DNA of 63,202 nucleotides, the filler included, from Folioceros fuciformis (taxonomy: Eukaryota): assembly GCA_049999805.1 (NCBI GenBank). It is 9 parts of 9 records of this genome, joined end to end, with 100 filler letters (N's around TTAATTAATTAA, not from the genome) between each part and the next. Parts side by side here need not be neighbours in the genome. Positions count along the whole stretch, not along the records: positions 37,521 to 42,618 come from JBNGIO010005712.1; positions 42,719 to 50,930 come from JBNGIO010005713.1; 7 more parts are not named here. One strand, written 5' to 3'. Made by a program: the position numbers and the translations under genes. The stretch's first letter is position 1. Every line of letters starts with the position of its first letter. The notes beneath the pieces were generated by a model. It was not told the origin of the DNA. It worked only from the letters and a program-made list of their open reading frames with translations, and did no database searches. Shown piece after piece: positions 37,521-50,860 of the stretch.

Positions 37521-40500
37521 AAGGCCGAGACAGAGAAAGAATTGCAGGTACGGCCTCCTGAGGTGGACTGTGCGCAGGCTCAGGTACAGCCGGGCCCCTC
37601 CCAAGCATATGTCTCGCGAGGACTTCACAAAAGCGAGTACAGGGTTAAAGTTGGGTCCGCTAGCGGATGTGATCATGGAGGCAAGTTTTTTTCAAAGAGA
37701 GGAGGACAAACTCTCTGCCAGCTTGATTGTGGGGCGCCATATGTCTGGAGGTCCTCCTACCGTGGAGGAACTAGAGGAGTGGGTGGCTCGGGTAACGGGA
37801 TGCCCTCTAGTGTATGTTTTCTTGAAAGCAGATGGTTCTTTCCAGATTAAGTGTGACGAGGCCATTGGGGCGCAGGCTCTTCTACAAACAACACTGTTCG
37901 TCTGAGATTCAGTACCGGTGGTGGTAGAGGCCTGGTCTCCCGGGAACTCCATCATGCAATCTAAAATCAAGCGGCATTTCCTGTGGGTGCATTTCAGCTC
38001 GTCCCACTGGTTCACACAATTTTGGGGACCATTGGTAGGGTGGTGGAGGTCCCTAAGGTGGACTCCAAATTCTTTGATAGCACCAAACCACCCCGTTTCA
38101 GGGTGAGGGTCGACAGCCTCCAAGATCTGCCTGACGGCGTAGTTGTTCGTGATCCGGAGGACCCATCTAAGAGTTTTACACAACTTTTCGATTACCCGAA
38201 TCTTCCCATCCGGTGCGGAGTGTGTGGCTTGCATAATCATCTAAAGCAGGCTTGTCCTTTACGGGCTAGATCGGGAGGTCGGGGCGAGACTTCGGAGAAG
38301 GCACATTCTGGCCCCCTGCCTGGCTTCAAAGGTGCCCCTACGAAGTTTTGGAGGACTAACCCGGGAACGCAGTTGTGGGCAAAACGAGTTCAGGAAGTGT
38401 TCTTCTCGGGGAGTGGGGGCGTACACAATGCACAGGCTCAGCTGTGTGTTCTCCTGAGGAAGAAAATGGATAACACTTACTTTTATTGGATGCCGAAGGG
38501 AGGAGACCTCAGAGCCTTACCTACACGCTCATTCCAGACCGGCGGGTCGATTGGGGGTCAGCCTCTTGGGCTCTGGTCTACCGCTAGACTAAAAGTCAAG
38601 GGCATGTTGCAGGCGGGTTTGGGGTTTGATGAGCAAGCTATTAACATGATCTTGCAAGAGGCACGACATAGTTTGGTGTGTCACAGAGTGGAGGATAGCT
38701 CCTCTATCATATTCGTGAATACCTTGATTGAATTGAAGGACGAATGTCGAATCCAAGACTTCAAGGTTTCGCAGTGGATGGGGGAGCCCCAGTTGTTGGC
38801 TTACATCAAGGATGCAAAATTTGGCAAAGGTAGGGTGACTCTAGCCTCTAGAAAAGTGTTCAAGGCACATCTTGGCTTTCTTGGGGTTATCCATGCCTCG
38901 ATATCGATTAAACTCCCCGGCAGTTGCAGTTGGGAGCTAAGATGGGCAGAGGATATGACAGCTGAGGCTACGATGCCTATGGAAGAGGACTCCAACAGTG
39001 GGGACGTAGGTAGTGCGGCACCAGCAAAAGGTTTTAAAGGTCCTGCAACTGAAGACAAGGGTTACATCGGGGGGGCCCATCAAAGGGGAAATGCTCATCA
39101 GCTCAACAACCCCGCACCACAGCAGGCATCTTTTACTCCCAGGCAGGAAGCAAGCATTGCAGGGATCGGACTCCGAGTTACACTATCAGGAGGAAAACTG
39201 CAGGGTGGGGTAAGTAAGGCAGCTGGTAGGACGGGCTTGCAGGGGGAGTTGGGTCAACCTCATACACTGGGGAATCAAAGACAAAGGTAGACATCTTGGT
39301 CAGCCTCTCATGGGGAGCGGCAGAGGGATCTTCAGAATCTAAAGGCAGGGAAGCTCCATAGCTTCCCGGATAAGTTTGAGAAGCGCAACCTAGTGCCTCA
39401 TTTGGCAGTCTCACTGACAAACTCAAGAAGGAATCCATGGAAGCAGTAGAGTGTGATGCCTTGGTGGGAGAGCAGGCTGTGAGCTCTGCTGAAGTGCAAA
39501 AGGCATGGCCTGAGGCGCAAGACGAAATGCTTGCAGGTGGTTCGGTGATAGACGGGTGTAAAAGATCCCTGGCTTTCAGCATGGAGAAGGAGATGTGGGA
39601 TTGCTCGGGCGGCGCCCCTGGCTCGCTTTATTTTTCTGGAGCCACACAAGAGCTTCCCTCTAGCGGTGTTGGCTCAAATGGCGCAGAGGTTGTGTCTCCG
39701 TCGTCATCGCGTTGGGATTCAAAGCAAGAAGAACCGGGCACGGAGGGTGGCAAAGCCTTGGGGAGGAAATGTGTGGACGGGCTGGATAGTCGGCCTAGCC
39801 AGCTAATTCAACAAGACCCTCTCAGGGATCTGGAAGATAGGCTTTTGAGGGAGCGATCTAGTGAGGTTTCTCCAGGAACTGGGCTTGGGGGATGTGGGTA
39901 AGCGGTGCAAGTACCTCCCGTCGAGACAGCTTGGGAGGACGAGGGCATGGTTGCAAGAACGGCTGTCGAGGCAGTGGTCCAGCCTGACGGAGGGGCCTTG
40001 GCGTCGGTGCAAACAAAACTATCACTCCCTTCTATTAAGGCTCAGAAGAACTGCTCCAACTTGGCCACAGGTGCAGGCTGGGTTGGGGTGGAGGGTGTCC
40101 CGAGGGCTGGCCAAAGCCCGTCGACGGGTGAGCACGAGAATTTTGGGGTCGTGGCCGACGATAGAGCTGACTTTGTGAGGCGTCCGAATGGTGTGGCCGG
40201 ATGTCGACAAGGTGACCTAGGTGAGGCAAGGGCGTTGTCGGCTCTCGGTGCCGGAATTCTCCAAATAGTGGCTGTCCAAGAGGGAGAAGTGAGTCCGGCT
40301 CCTGGGCCGCCTGCTACTTGCCAGAAGGCACCCTGTGGGTTTGACCCTGGGAAGGAAGCCGTGGATCGGCAGGTGGAATTTCCGGTTGATGGGCTAATGA
40401 TGAGACATGTGGTGATGGGCAGGCATGACGTAGGTGTTTGGGGTCACTCAGTCGCAAAGGGATGGGCTACTCAGGCAAAAGGCAGCAGGATGTCACCGGC

Positions 40501-42618
40501 GGGGGGGAACGGATCCGGTCCCCTGATTCCAGAGAATCGCCCAACCAAGGCCCAGGTCGTAAAGACTCAGCATCCTGGTCTCCTGGATGGGGTTTTCGAG
40601 CTCCCGTCCCGGCAGCTAGGCGGGGAGGAGGGGGAAGTTCCGGTGGTGCCGCCTGTTTGCGATACTAGCTCTGAGGACGGGTGGTGCAGCCTGGTGAGCG
40701 CTCCAGGTGTATGGCAGCAGCTGTTTTCCTCTGAGGCATTTGACAGCTACCAACCTCTAGCTTGCGACAGTAAGAACTCTCTAGAGAAGGAATATTTGAG
40801 GTGTGGGGAGGTGTAGCACCAACCTCACTCGGCGCTGAAATGGAGGGAAGAGGTACATGAGGAGAGCGAGGCAACTGGACTAGGGATCCAACATGCCGAC
40901 CGGTCCCAAAGCCAGGAGGCGGCTTCGGATCCCTCAATAGCGAAGATGCAGGACGGGAAGGCGAACTTGGGTGATTTACCTCCTCCGCTAGGACCGAGGG
41001 CATGCCAATTACAGTTTCGAGTACTAATACAGGCCCCAGCACAACCCCAGATGTGCTAACAAGAAGGCCTTCTCAGACGTTCTGTGATAGGTTGGCCTCT
41101 GCGAGCTCGAGCCAGGGGTTAGGATCTGTCGTTTCCGCTCAAGCTGCTGGGGAGGAAGAGGGAAGGGAATCTTCCCAGATTCTTTATGGGCCCCAATCTC
41201 TTGATTCAACGCCGGGCTGCCCAGTAATTCGCGACGTGTCAGCACCTGGTCATTAGTCTCCCGGGCTTGAGATGGCCCCCGGTCCTAATGGATCCATAAA
41301 GCCAGGAGCAGAACCGGCTTTCAAGTCCACTGCCTGGAAAGCGGTAGCAACATCTGTCTCGTCCACAAGTGAGCAGAGGACCATGGAGATGGTAGCGGGG
41401 AAGAGGACTCGTGCCCCGGAAGATTTGTCTCCAGGCCATAAACGTCAGAATCAGATTGCCTTGGCCAAGGCAAGGAAGGCGTTGAACAAAGCTGTGCAAC
41501 ACATGGCTTTGGACATCACCTTCCCGGAAGGGAAAAAGCTTAAGGTGCTAGAAGGAATAAGGGGTGGTCACAAGTTTCTCAGGAAGATTTCTGTTGGCGG
41601 GGGGAACGCCCCTTTGGTAATCCGCAGTCACCACAATTATGGAGCAGGACGAGGATCTGGAATGGATGGAAATGACTCTGCATGTCTCAGTAAACTCGCC
41701 GTGGTAGGTAACAGCCCCACAAAATGTGCCACTCCCATCATGAGAGACAACGCGATGTTCGCCTCCAAGGAAGATCTTTTCTCCACTCCTTGTGCTGAGG
41801 TAGATGAGGATGCTGATACAATCTGGCATGAAGTGCAGGCTGTTTTCTCCGGGGATGAAGGCAGCACTTCTCCGTCTAACTCCTTGGACAAGGACTTGGT
41901 GCAGGCTAAGAGGGTGCAGGATGGGTACCCTCCTATAGGGCAGGAGGTGTATCACTTGTTAAGAGTTCAGGAACTTAGGAAGGCGGAAGGCACATCAAGG
42001 AGAAAAGGCCGACATTTTGTGATCAACCTAATGGTTATGAGAAAGGTTCATCTTTCCGTTCTGGTCATGATAGGAGGTGAGGGGGAACAACTCCCTCTTG
42101 TCGTTACACTACATCAGTTGCATGCAGGCCAAGACAAGATTCTTGACTTGTATACCGGAGGGGTCCCTGTAGGCAAGGAGGGTAAGGAGGTGGAATTTTT
42201 CAGTGGTATCTACCAGAAGGAGGGTCGTCTCTTTGCTGATATCTGGCTAAAGCAAGACATTGGTCCCAATTTACCACTTAACCCAAAGTGGAGGTGGTCC
42301 TTGGATGCGCCTTGGGCAAAAGACAGGTTTGGGGGTCCACACTCGGCAGCGAGTGATGCTGAGGGGCCCTTAGCTGGTCAAGATTGGAGGCCTGCCCCTG
42401 CGACTCGCAAGTCGGAAAGGCTTCAAAGATGGTCCCTTGAGCTAAAAGTTAAGGACCATCTGGCGTGGCATAAGTCAGTGATTGGGGCTAGGATGCCCAA
42501 GCCGTCTGCGATACGAAATCTCTCAAGCAAGTCCCGTTAAATGAGTTTCGACACTTTGAAGAACTACGAAAGGGGGCCTCATTTGCGGATCATTTCCTGG
42601 AATGTCAGGGGTCTGGGG
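37521..42618 (+). mobile_element. L1-clade LINE: very long ORF1 (DUF4283-like plus CCHC knuckle) and start of ORF2
   Basis: VVVEAWSP..LWVH..LGTIGRVV..FRVRVD..YPNLPIRCGVCGLHNHLKQAC, in ORF pieces up to 42540. ORF2 starts at 42541 with MSFDTLKNYERGPHLRIISWNVRGLG. Confidence 0.9.
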
Positions 42619-43689
42619 NNNNNNNNNNNNNNNNNNNNNNNNNNNNNNNNNNNNNNNNNNNNTTAATTAATTAANNNNNNNNNNNNNNNNNNNNNNNNNN
42701 NNNNNNNNNNNNNNNNNNGGATGGGGGCGGCCGCAACCCCTGCCTCTAGCTCTAGCTAGGGCATGGCCTCCATGGCCGTTCATGCCAGCCAAGCAATCAG
42801 CCAGCCTATCATCAGACCCTGACCCCTGACACTGACATACCCAGATACCCGTTCCTATGTTCAAACCATTATTTTATTATTTCTATTATTTAATATTATT
42901 ATATTATTATTTAATCATTTAATAATTATATATCTTCTCACTCACCTCAGAAACAAGCGCACGCACACATGAATAGCAATAATCTGTTAGACGCCTTCCA
43001 CCCGCGTGATCTCCCACCTTAGATACGCCCTGGCGATCTCCATTCAGTTTTTTCACAGTCTCTCCAGTCTCATCGCGACCAGTCACTCATACACACCACG
43101 TCTCGTGCACCCCACACACATTACACACCTCACCTCCGGGGTCTCCCCAGGTTTGTTCTCTCTTACCCCCCTACTCGGCCACTCGCTCCCCCTCCCTCTC
43201 ACACACGTGCACGCCCGCGCCCTCCTTTCTCTGGTTCTTCAGTCTTCTTTCTCAGCGATGCTCCCTCATGGGCTCTAATTAACGTTGAGGAATGGTGAGG
43301 TACCGGAGCTAAGGGAAGAGGAGTCCCTTCCACTCCGCACTAGCGGATTCGGCTCCGACACCCACACCACCCCACGTGACCACCTCGAGGATACCTGGGG
43401 AGCTTCTCTCCCACTCGGCGAGGCTCCTCCTCCCGATTTGTCCCCGGACCTGATCATGGAGCGCCCACCACCTACACCCGCACCCCTGGTTGCTACGTGC
43501 GCTCGCTTGCCTGGACCTCCTATCCAGCAACGGCCATCGCTAGGTCCCTGCGAGGTCGACTGTTCGGCTGGTGCTTGCTGATTCCTTAGGCCTCCAAACT
43601 GGCCTCTTGTACACGGTGATGGCGGTTTTTCTGCCATAAAGTCTGTCAGGCAGGGGAGCTGCGCGCTCTTAAATCCTAAGCGACTTAGG

Positions 43690-45094
43690 TCCAAATAAAG
43701 CACGCTAAAAAAAATCCTATTCTAGCCTACATTTACTGTCCCCGTTTTCCACGCCGCTGGCGGCTTCCTCCTGGCCTTCGCGTGTCACCCCTTGCTGTTC
43801 CTCCTCTCGCTCTTCTGCCCCTCCGTTGGTTCGGCAGATCCTCCCAGAGGATCTCCACATCATTGCTGCTGCTGCTAGACCTAGCTGGCGGCGCAGGTGG
43901 GTCCCGCGGTTGTGGTCCACCACCCCTCCTCCTTCTCTGGTTGCTGAGAATAGCCACAGGCCCCCGTTCTACCCAGTGCTGGGCCTCCTCTTTCGTCAGT
44001 TCCTCCAGAACTGCCTCCGCATAGCAGTGGGGCAGTCCTTTCACCCACCATCTATAGTGGTAGAGTCCCAGGCGCGTCCTCAGCTGTAGGACGTAGCCCC
44101 GCATCCCTCCTGTGCCCATACGTACATACAGAAACAGCTTCAGAACTCTGGCCCCTTCTACATACAGGCCTGGCACATAGGAGGCCCCCTCCTCATACTG
44201 CAGCACAATCTGACCTTCTGTCATAACAGAGGTGCTTACCCCGTCCTCCCTTGGGCTACCTCGGGTTGCTCCCCCTCTTGCTGGGGTACCTGAAGGTTCT
44301 CTGCCTGCCTAGCTATTGCCTCCTCCGGCTCTATCCTCCTGGTACGGGTCACCCTCTTGGAGCGCCTAGGGGCAGGCGCCCCTACTGCTTCCTCCTTCGT
44401 TTCTAGGGTCACAGTTGCTCTTCCTCTACCAATTCTATGATCACCTCTTCCACTAGACATCTACAAGACCACTTAGACTCTCCATCTGAACAACAAAAGA
44501 AACTCCCAAGTTGCTCCCTAGCAATGGCGCGAAAATGTAGTGGCAAAACCCCGGGCGCTCATTGCCAACGGGTTCAACCTTTAGAAGCCATACTTATCCC
44601 ATTATCGTTGAGACATTGGGTTTCGTTCCCACGAAGGAGCGATGGGGTTCCTCGCTGCTATGGATGAAGGGTTGGACTCAATCAACTCGATGATGGATTT
44701 GAGGGCTGCCCTCCAGCTCCGATCAGGCGTGGGACAATCCTCGTTGTCCAATGATCGACTACACCTCTCTCGGTGCCCACAAATTCACTCTAGTCACTAC
44801 AACGACACTAACCTCTCAAATCTGCGACTTGCCTCACTCACTCACTCCAGCACCAGCAACTAGTAACAACACTACTACCTTCTACGCTTCCCTATTGACT
44901 CCCCCACTCGGCAAGAGTCATTAGACTAACACCAAAGAAGAGCATGTTGCCACCCACGATCCTACCAGACACCATGCAAGCATGGTAGGCACTCACTCCA
45001 GCCCTGTGAGGAAACAAGAATGACAGATCATAGGGCACGACACGAAGAGCACAATCAAGAATTAAAAAGACCCAGCCCTAAATTCTGGCCAACA
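43690..45094 (-). mobile_element. Athila-like element: 5' LTR, degenerate PBS, gag start fused to a non-gag ORF
   Basis: 44400-45000 is homologous to 62360-63000 (LTR end at 44536, MSSGRGDHRIGRGRA start at 44460). 43690-44400 is homologous to 55780-56560. The right boundary is approximate. Confidence 0.75.
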
Positions 45095-45099
45095 CTCCT

Positions 45100-45750
45100 T
45101 GATGCTGAAGTGCTTGATAATGCCATGTACATGGCCCATGGATGGCTTGCACATAACATGTATGCCTAGTTGTGTACCATGTGTGCATGTGAAGATGAAG
45201 GATGACATGTGGATGCATGTGACATGTCTAGAGAGAGGATGTATGTGTCATAGTGGATGTGAACCATGTCTGTTGGATGCATGTGAGGAGCAGCACCATT
45301 GCACATATGAACCGTTGTAGAGATATTCCAAAACAAATATAAAAATGATAAAATAAGAAAAGGACGAAGTAGGCTGTTTAGTTGGTTATTATTTGGTAAT
45401 AGACCAAAGGCCAAGGAGAAGTAGGATTATAAAGTGCCTACCATTGGTGCAAGGAGGCACTTCATCGAGAGTTCTTGGGGATTTTGTCTATATATGTAGG
45501 CTACCCAGCCATGGATTCTCGGATTGTTGATGTTTGTCTTATTCTAATGGATTGCCATACTTCATCCCTGCTATGTCTTTGTCTCCTAGAGGTTCTTGTA
45601 GTATGTTGCATTGTCAGGTTGGGAGAATTTTCCATCTTGATTTTACTTGTTTGCGGCCCTGGGCATGCCTCTCTTAGGCAGACCCAGCCCTTCTTGTAGC
45701 CTTGCTCTTAGTCATAGGCCAAGAAAAATTTGTGGCTAGGTAGGCATCCA
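45100..45750 (+). mobile_element. Possible LTR remnant
   Basis: Starts TGATGC and ends near GCATCC. TATA-like ATTATAAAG at ~45427. No TSD found. Confidence 0.35.
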
Positions 45751-45975
45751 GCTATGGGGCTGCTACGCAACACACTCCTACTCCACGACCTCTACCCCGC
45801 TCGCCCTTCGCACCACACCCCACCTTTGTCAACTGCGGCCCACCTTACGGGGTGGTACGCCCGTAGGACTCCTTCAGGACCCTGCGAGTCCGCTTTGTGC
45901 TTCAGCGTACCCGTATGTTTGAATTTCCAGGCAATCTGCCAACGAATCAAACCTATGTCGCCGGTGCCTCTAGGG

Positions 45976-47990
45976 TAGCGATACTTGGCCATATTGCTTT
46001 TCTAGGAGGGAGGTTTGTAACAAATTTAGGTAATTATAGATCAATTAAACATATGAAATTAATCACATTGTGTCAAGAATGCAATAATAATGTATAAGTC
46101 ATAAGAATAACTTAAGTCACCTGTGAAACGTTGTGACCTAATCAAACGACGTAACCCTAATGAAAAGGTATGTCTTTTAAAGCTCTTAACTTAACTAGAC
46201 TACTGAACCCTAATCATCTATCCAACACATGTATTCCTTTACTCCCACTTGTTGGTAATGATTTCTTGTCCAGTCTTCAATCTGCTAGTGGCTACTCGTG
46301 AGAGACTGTGGTTCAGCTGCACCTTCAATTTTGAGCTTTATGGCTATCATCTCCTGTACTTGGTTACACTCTCGCACTCCTGTCAATTCGGATCAAGATG
46401 CTACGCTCTAGTGTGAAGTCGACAGAGATGAGGTGCGCGTCCCTTATAACGCCGACCTTTTCATTTCATTTCTCCCATACTCTGAGCTGCCGCAACTCAA
46501 AATTGTTCTTCTCGTCACCATGTCTTCCTCATATTGCGATTACGAGCCCAATCCTAAGCGCCATCAGCCATGGGATTCCAAGGGACGGTTTGCCACTAAG
46601 ACAACTACCACTCTTGGAGCTTCGACACCAACTACTGCGAGAGATGTGAAGCGGGGAGTGGGAAGACCCAAGGGAATTACAAAGGAGTTCCTGGAGCGGC
46701 GCAAGACTACTGAGGCTATTGCGTTTAAAGCCGGCTACGACATGGGTTGCCCTTCTGCCCCACTTGCGCCTAAGGCAAAGGCGGCGGCTAAACGTCTTCC
46801 GAAGCCAAAGCAACCTGATTTTACCTATTCTAATGATGAGTCTCGTTCTGCTTTACCTGTTGTGTTCCCTAAACCTACTGACACAGATTGTGAAACAAGA
46901 ATTGTCAGTTGTGGGAATATAAAGCATCCTCGCTCAACTGTATGGTAAAAGGTGTGGCTAGGTTGTAATGAGATCACCATGAAAAGGGTTCACGTGCATG
47001 GCTGCAGAACCTATCCAAGTCATGTTGTTAGCATATACAGTGAGCATCTATGAACCTTTCTTGTTCTGGTTGCTCCTATTATTCTGTCTTGTGATGATAT
47101 CTTACGTTTGCTCCCACTTCTTCTATACAGGGTCTAACATAAGACTTGAAGAAGAAGCTGATCTTGAGTCTGAAGAACGGATTTCTTATGAAGAAAGTTG
47201 TCGCCGCAACTCTCCTAGATCAGATGAGAAAATTTTCTTCCCCTTCCAATAGTTATGGCCATGACTCCTACGAGGAAGAGAAGGAGTCCAAACCCGAGTC
47301 TACGCGTTCTAGACAGTTAGTGGACTTTGGCTACCCTTCTGACCATGGTAGCGTCAACTTGCGTTTCTAGGCCTTAGAGAATTATATTGAACTACTGCTG
47401 CTGTCGGATAAGAGAGCTTCTGACTCTCCCATCCCTAAGCATTGAATGTGTCTTTGGTGAGCATCTCTACTAAGTGCCTTTGTGAGAATGTCTGCTGGGT
47501 TGCTTTGTGTCGATACATACTCAAGTGCTATGGTTCCTGCTCCCACCAGTTCTCTTATATAATGATATTTGACTTCTACGTGCTTTGTTTGTGAATGAAA
47601 CACAAGGCTCTTGGCTAATGCCATTGAGCCTTGATTGTCGGTGTAGATAGTCGTGCATGTGGGGAGTGGAATCCGTACTTTTGAAAAGAGTAACCTGCAC
47701 CACACAATTTCCTTTACAGCTGCAGTTAACACCCTATATTCTGCTTCAGTACTAGATAGAGCAACTGTCAGTTGTTTCTTGCTAGACCAACAGATTGGTC
47801 TGCCAGCAAAACATAGCACATATGCAGAGACATACTCCGACTAAGCTTAAGTCCTGTGGGCAGAGGGGTAGAAGCGGACTTTGCATCCTTAAGGCCTAAC
47901 TGTTCAACGCTATCTATAAGGTAACGGGGCTGAGATATTGTCATTACACGAGCCTGCCTATTCCTTTGAATATGAATACATAGGCAACTC
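45976..47990 (-). mobile_element. Ty1/Copia 3' end (RT/RNase H with internal deletion, ~1.1 kb post-pol region, PPT, TA..TA LTR)
   Basis: RNase H at 47382-47819 (KKQLTVALSSTEAEY, KHVEVKYHYIRE). PPT CAAGTGGGAG at 46242-46251. LTR ~45976-46241 reads TAAAG..CGCTA on minus. Confidence 0.85.
46520..47370 (+). CDS. Predicted 2-exon antisense accessory gene inside a Copia element (AT-hook-like motif; premature TAA at 46946; possible frameshift at ~47230)
   Basis: Exon 1 46520-47039 (KRGVGRPKG; SRSALPVVFP; KVWLG). Intron 47040-47130, GTGAGC..TACAG, phase 1. Exon 2 RSNIRLEEEADLESEE stops at 47252, or at 47370 after removing one A. The pol stop is at 47382-47384. Confidence 0.65.
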
Positions 47991-50860
47991 TGTAAAGGGC
48001 CTAGGCATGTGTGGAGTGATTTCTTGCACCCAAGAACCACCAAAGGGCCACACATCCCCTTATTGTCATTGCAGTCTTATGAATCGCTCCCAAGGGAGTG
48101 AACTAGTGCCAAGGAACACTACCTATCACACTTCTACCTATCAGCTGGTCTATAGACTGCCCACACGCACACAACAAGGAGGCTAGTAGCCTAGCCTATC
48201 TTCAAATCAACTCGCACTCCAGATCTTCAATCCTCCAACTCTTCATGAGTCCCACTTCAGTCCTCCCTTTCTTCACTTCAGCTCACATAACTCACACTCC
48301 AGTTTCTCCAGTCCTTCAGCTTCTCATGCTTCCCACTCTAGTCTTTCCTTCCTCACTTCAGTACTTCACCCTTCACTTCAGCACACACTACTGCACCTCA
48401 GCAGCTCACCCTTCACTTCTATGCACTCCACTCCAACTCTTCCTCTCTTTGCTTCAGCTATTCCCTGGAAATTGGGACACGATGACTTCACTCCTTGCAG
48501 CCTTCAAGTGTAGTGTGGATACTAGGACTGGATAGCCCTCCTGGCTCACGGTCCTGTCCCTTCACTTCAGCCAGCCTGCGAATCATTCAGCCCTTGCGGA
48601 TCCGGCCACACGGATCTTGGTAGTCTTGGGATCCTCTACGTTCCCCTAGTGGCAAGGGAAATCAGGGCCTTGGTTTAGTCTCAATCGGCTCAACGCCCTA
48701 AGCCAGGAGTTCTGCACACAAGGTCCAGAGGAATCGCACCGTAGACAGCCCCCTCTCAATGGCAGGTCTCCCCTCTTATACTGCCTACCCTCTACCTCTG
48801 TCTACTAGGGTTAACCTGAATTAATTACCCTACCTCCTCTCTTTGACGTAACCAAGTTCTGACCTAAACCTGACCTAGGTATGACCTAACCTAACCTAAC
48901 CTAATCTATGTCTGACCTAACCTGGATCTGACCTAACCTAACCTAGGTATGACCTAACCTAACCTAATCTAGGTCAGACCTAACCTAACCTAGGTCTAGC
49001 CTAGACCTAACCTATCCTGACCTAGGTCTGACCTAAGCCTAACCTGACCTAGGTCTGACCCAAACCTAACCTAGACCTAACCTAACCTAGGTCTAGCCTA
49101 GACCTAACCTAAACCTAACCTAGGTCTAACCTAGGTCTGACCCAAACCTAACCTAGACCTAACCTAGGTCTGACCCAAACCTAACCTAGGTCTAACCTAG
49201 ACCTAACCTCAACCTACCCTTGCTTCTAATTGCCCATTGCCCCTTGACACCGTTAGCTACCCACAATTATCAGCCCCTCACAACTAAGCAAAGATCATGG
49301 GTGCCTCTCAACATCCCTCTCCCCTCCCGGGTCAGATCATCTTCCTCTGATTATCCTGCCTTCTTTCCCAGAGTCTCCCATCTTCAGGTCCTTCCCTCCA
49401 TCCTGCTGGCCGTGGCTGGCCAAGACTCTTGGTCCTTCCCTCCATCCTGCTGGCCACGGCTGGCCAAGACTCTTGGTCCTTCCCTCCATCCTGCTGGCCA
49501 CAGCTGGCCAAGACTCTTGGTCCTTCCCTCCATCCTGCTGGCCACGGCTGGCCAAGACTCCTGGCCCTGCAACCTACCCACCAAGCGCTCCTGAATAAGA
49601 AATTTGCCATCCTATCAACATAACCACCGCTGGGCTTCCCACCACGAGTAGCACACCTAGGCTAGGCCTTTGGCCTACAAGCAACCAGGGTTGCTACTCA
49701 TGGATGGAAAGCCGAATGTCACTTATGTCCTTAGCGGACCACCCTCCAAGCTGCTGGACTGGTCCCTCCAAGCTGCTGGATTGGTCTGCTGGACTGATGC
49801 CCTTGAGCGGATAACCCCAGGGCATTGCGTCCTGGCATGGCACACACCATCCATCATCGCCGCAATTAGCATCCAGCCCTTTGCCTATGGTAGCAAGTCA
49901 GTTCCAACCCACTAACCGCGGATGGCAAGCCGTATGCTAATTACGGCCACTGGCTGCCATGGTANNNNNNNNNNNNNNNNNNNNNNNNNNNNNNNNNNNN
50001 NNNNNNNNNNNNNNNNNNNNNNNNNNNNNNNNNNNNNNNNNNNNNNNNNNNNNNNNNNNNNNNNCCACGCCCCCCCCCCCAACGCCATCCCCACGCCCTA
50101 AGATAGCCTGGCAGTAGCCTACCACTAGTGTTTCAGTGTCAGGCTGTCATCCTTGGAGTGTCCCTCGGGCCACTCCCGTCTTCCCCCGGGCAACCGCTTA
50201 CTTGGCTGTTAGACCTACTGGCTGCCCAACCAGCCATCTAGCTCGTTTTCAGTTGCTAGATCCGGTCGAGACCATTCTGTCAAGCCTGAAGGAACAACCA
50301 TACAGAACTACCGATGGGGTCAGTTGATATGCACTGCACCTGGTTTGACCGGGATTTGGAACAAGCTGCTCTCCTTGGTTTGCAGTGCACTAAGTGCAAG
50401 TCCGTCCGTGCCTGGATGCTCTCGGATTCAACCGCTTATCCTCAGCCGCCGCCTGGATTCGGCTAGCACGCCGTGACTCCCCTAGCTCTGCTTCCAGCCA
50501 AACTGCGACCATCCCAGCTGCTCGGTCTCTGGTTGATCGGGACTGAATCCAATCAGCTCGCCTGGTGCCGAGTCGCTTGCCGTTTTCCTAATTCAGCTAC
50601 CTAGCTAGCCGACCAGACTCGACTGGCCAGCCTGCCTTTGCCTAGATCTGGCCAGGTGGCCCGCCCGTAGGCCGCCTACTGCCCGCTTGCAATTGGCGCG
50701 GGCTGGGTTGTTGACCAGACTCCTCATCGCCATCTCCAGCCAGCATCCCCCTTGTTCGGCCAGCCGTCACGGCTCATCTCGGTTGCTCGCGGTCGGCCAT
50801 TCGCCTGGCTAAGACAGCTAGCCAGGCCACTAGCCCAACCCCCCTCAGATCCACTTTGTC
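47991..50860 (-). mobile_element. 3' part of the giant LTR family, inserted in the Copia RT
   Basis: Ends ..CCCTTTACA at 47991. TATAAGAG at ~48773-48781 (minus). Colinear inverted homology with 35370-37420. A 44-bp unit occurs x4 at 49387-49562. Confidence 0.8.

Noticed and set aside
35370-37620. GC-rich/TTAGG region as the 5' UTR of the downstream LINE (telomere-specific LINE idea)
   Set aside because: An artificial spacer separates them, and the region's homologs have LTR-type ends.
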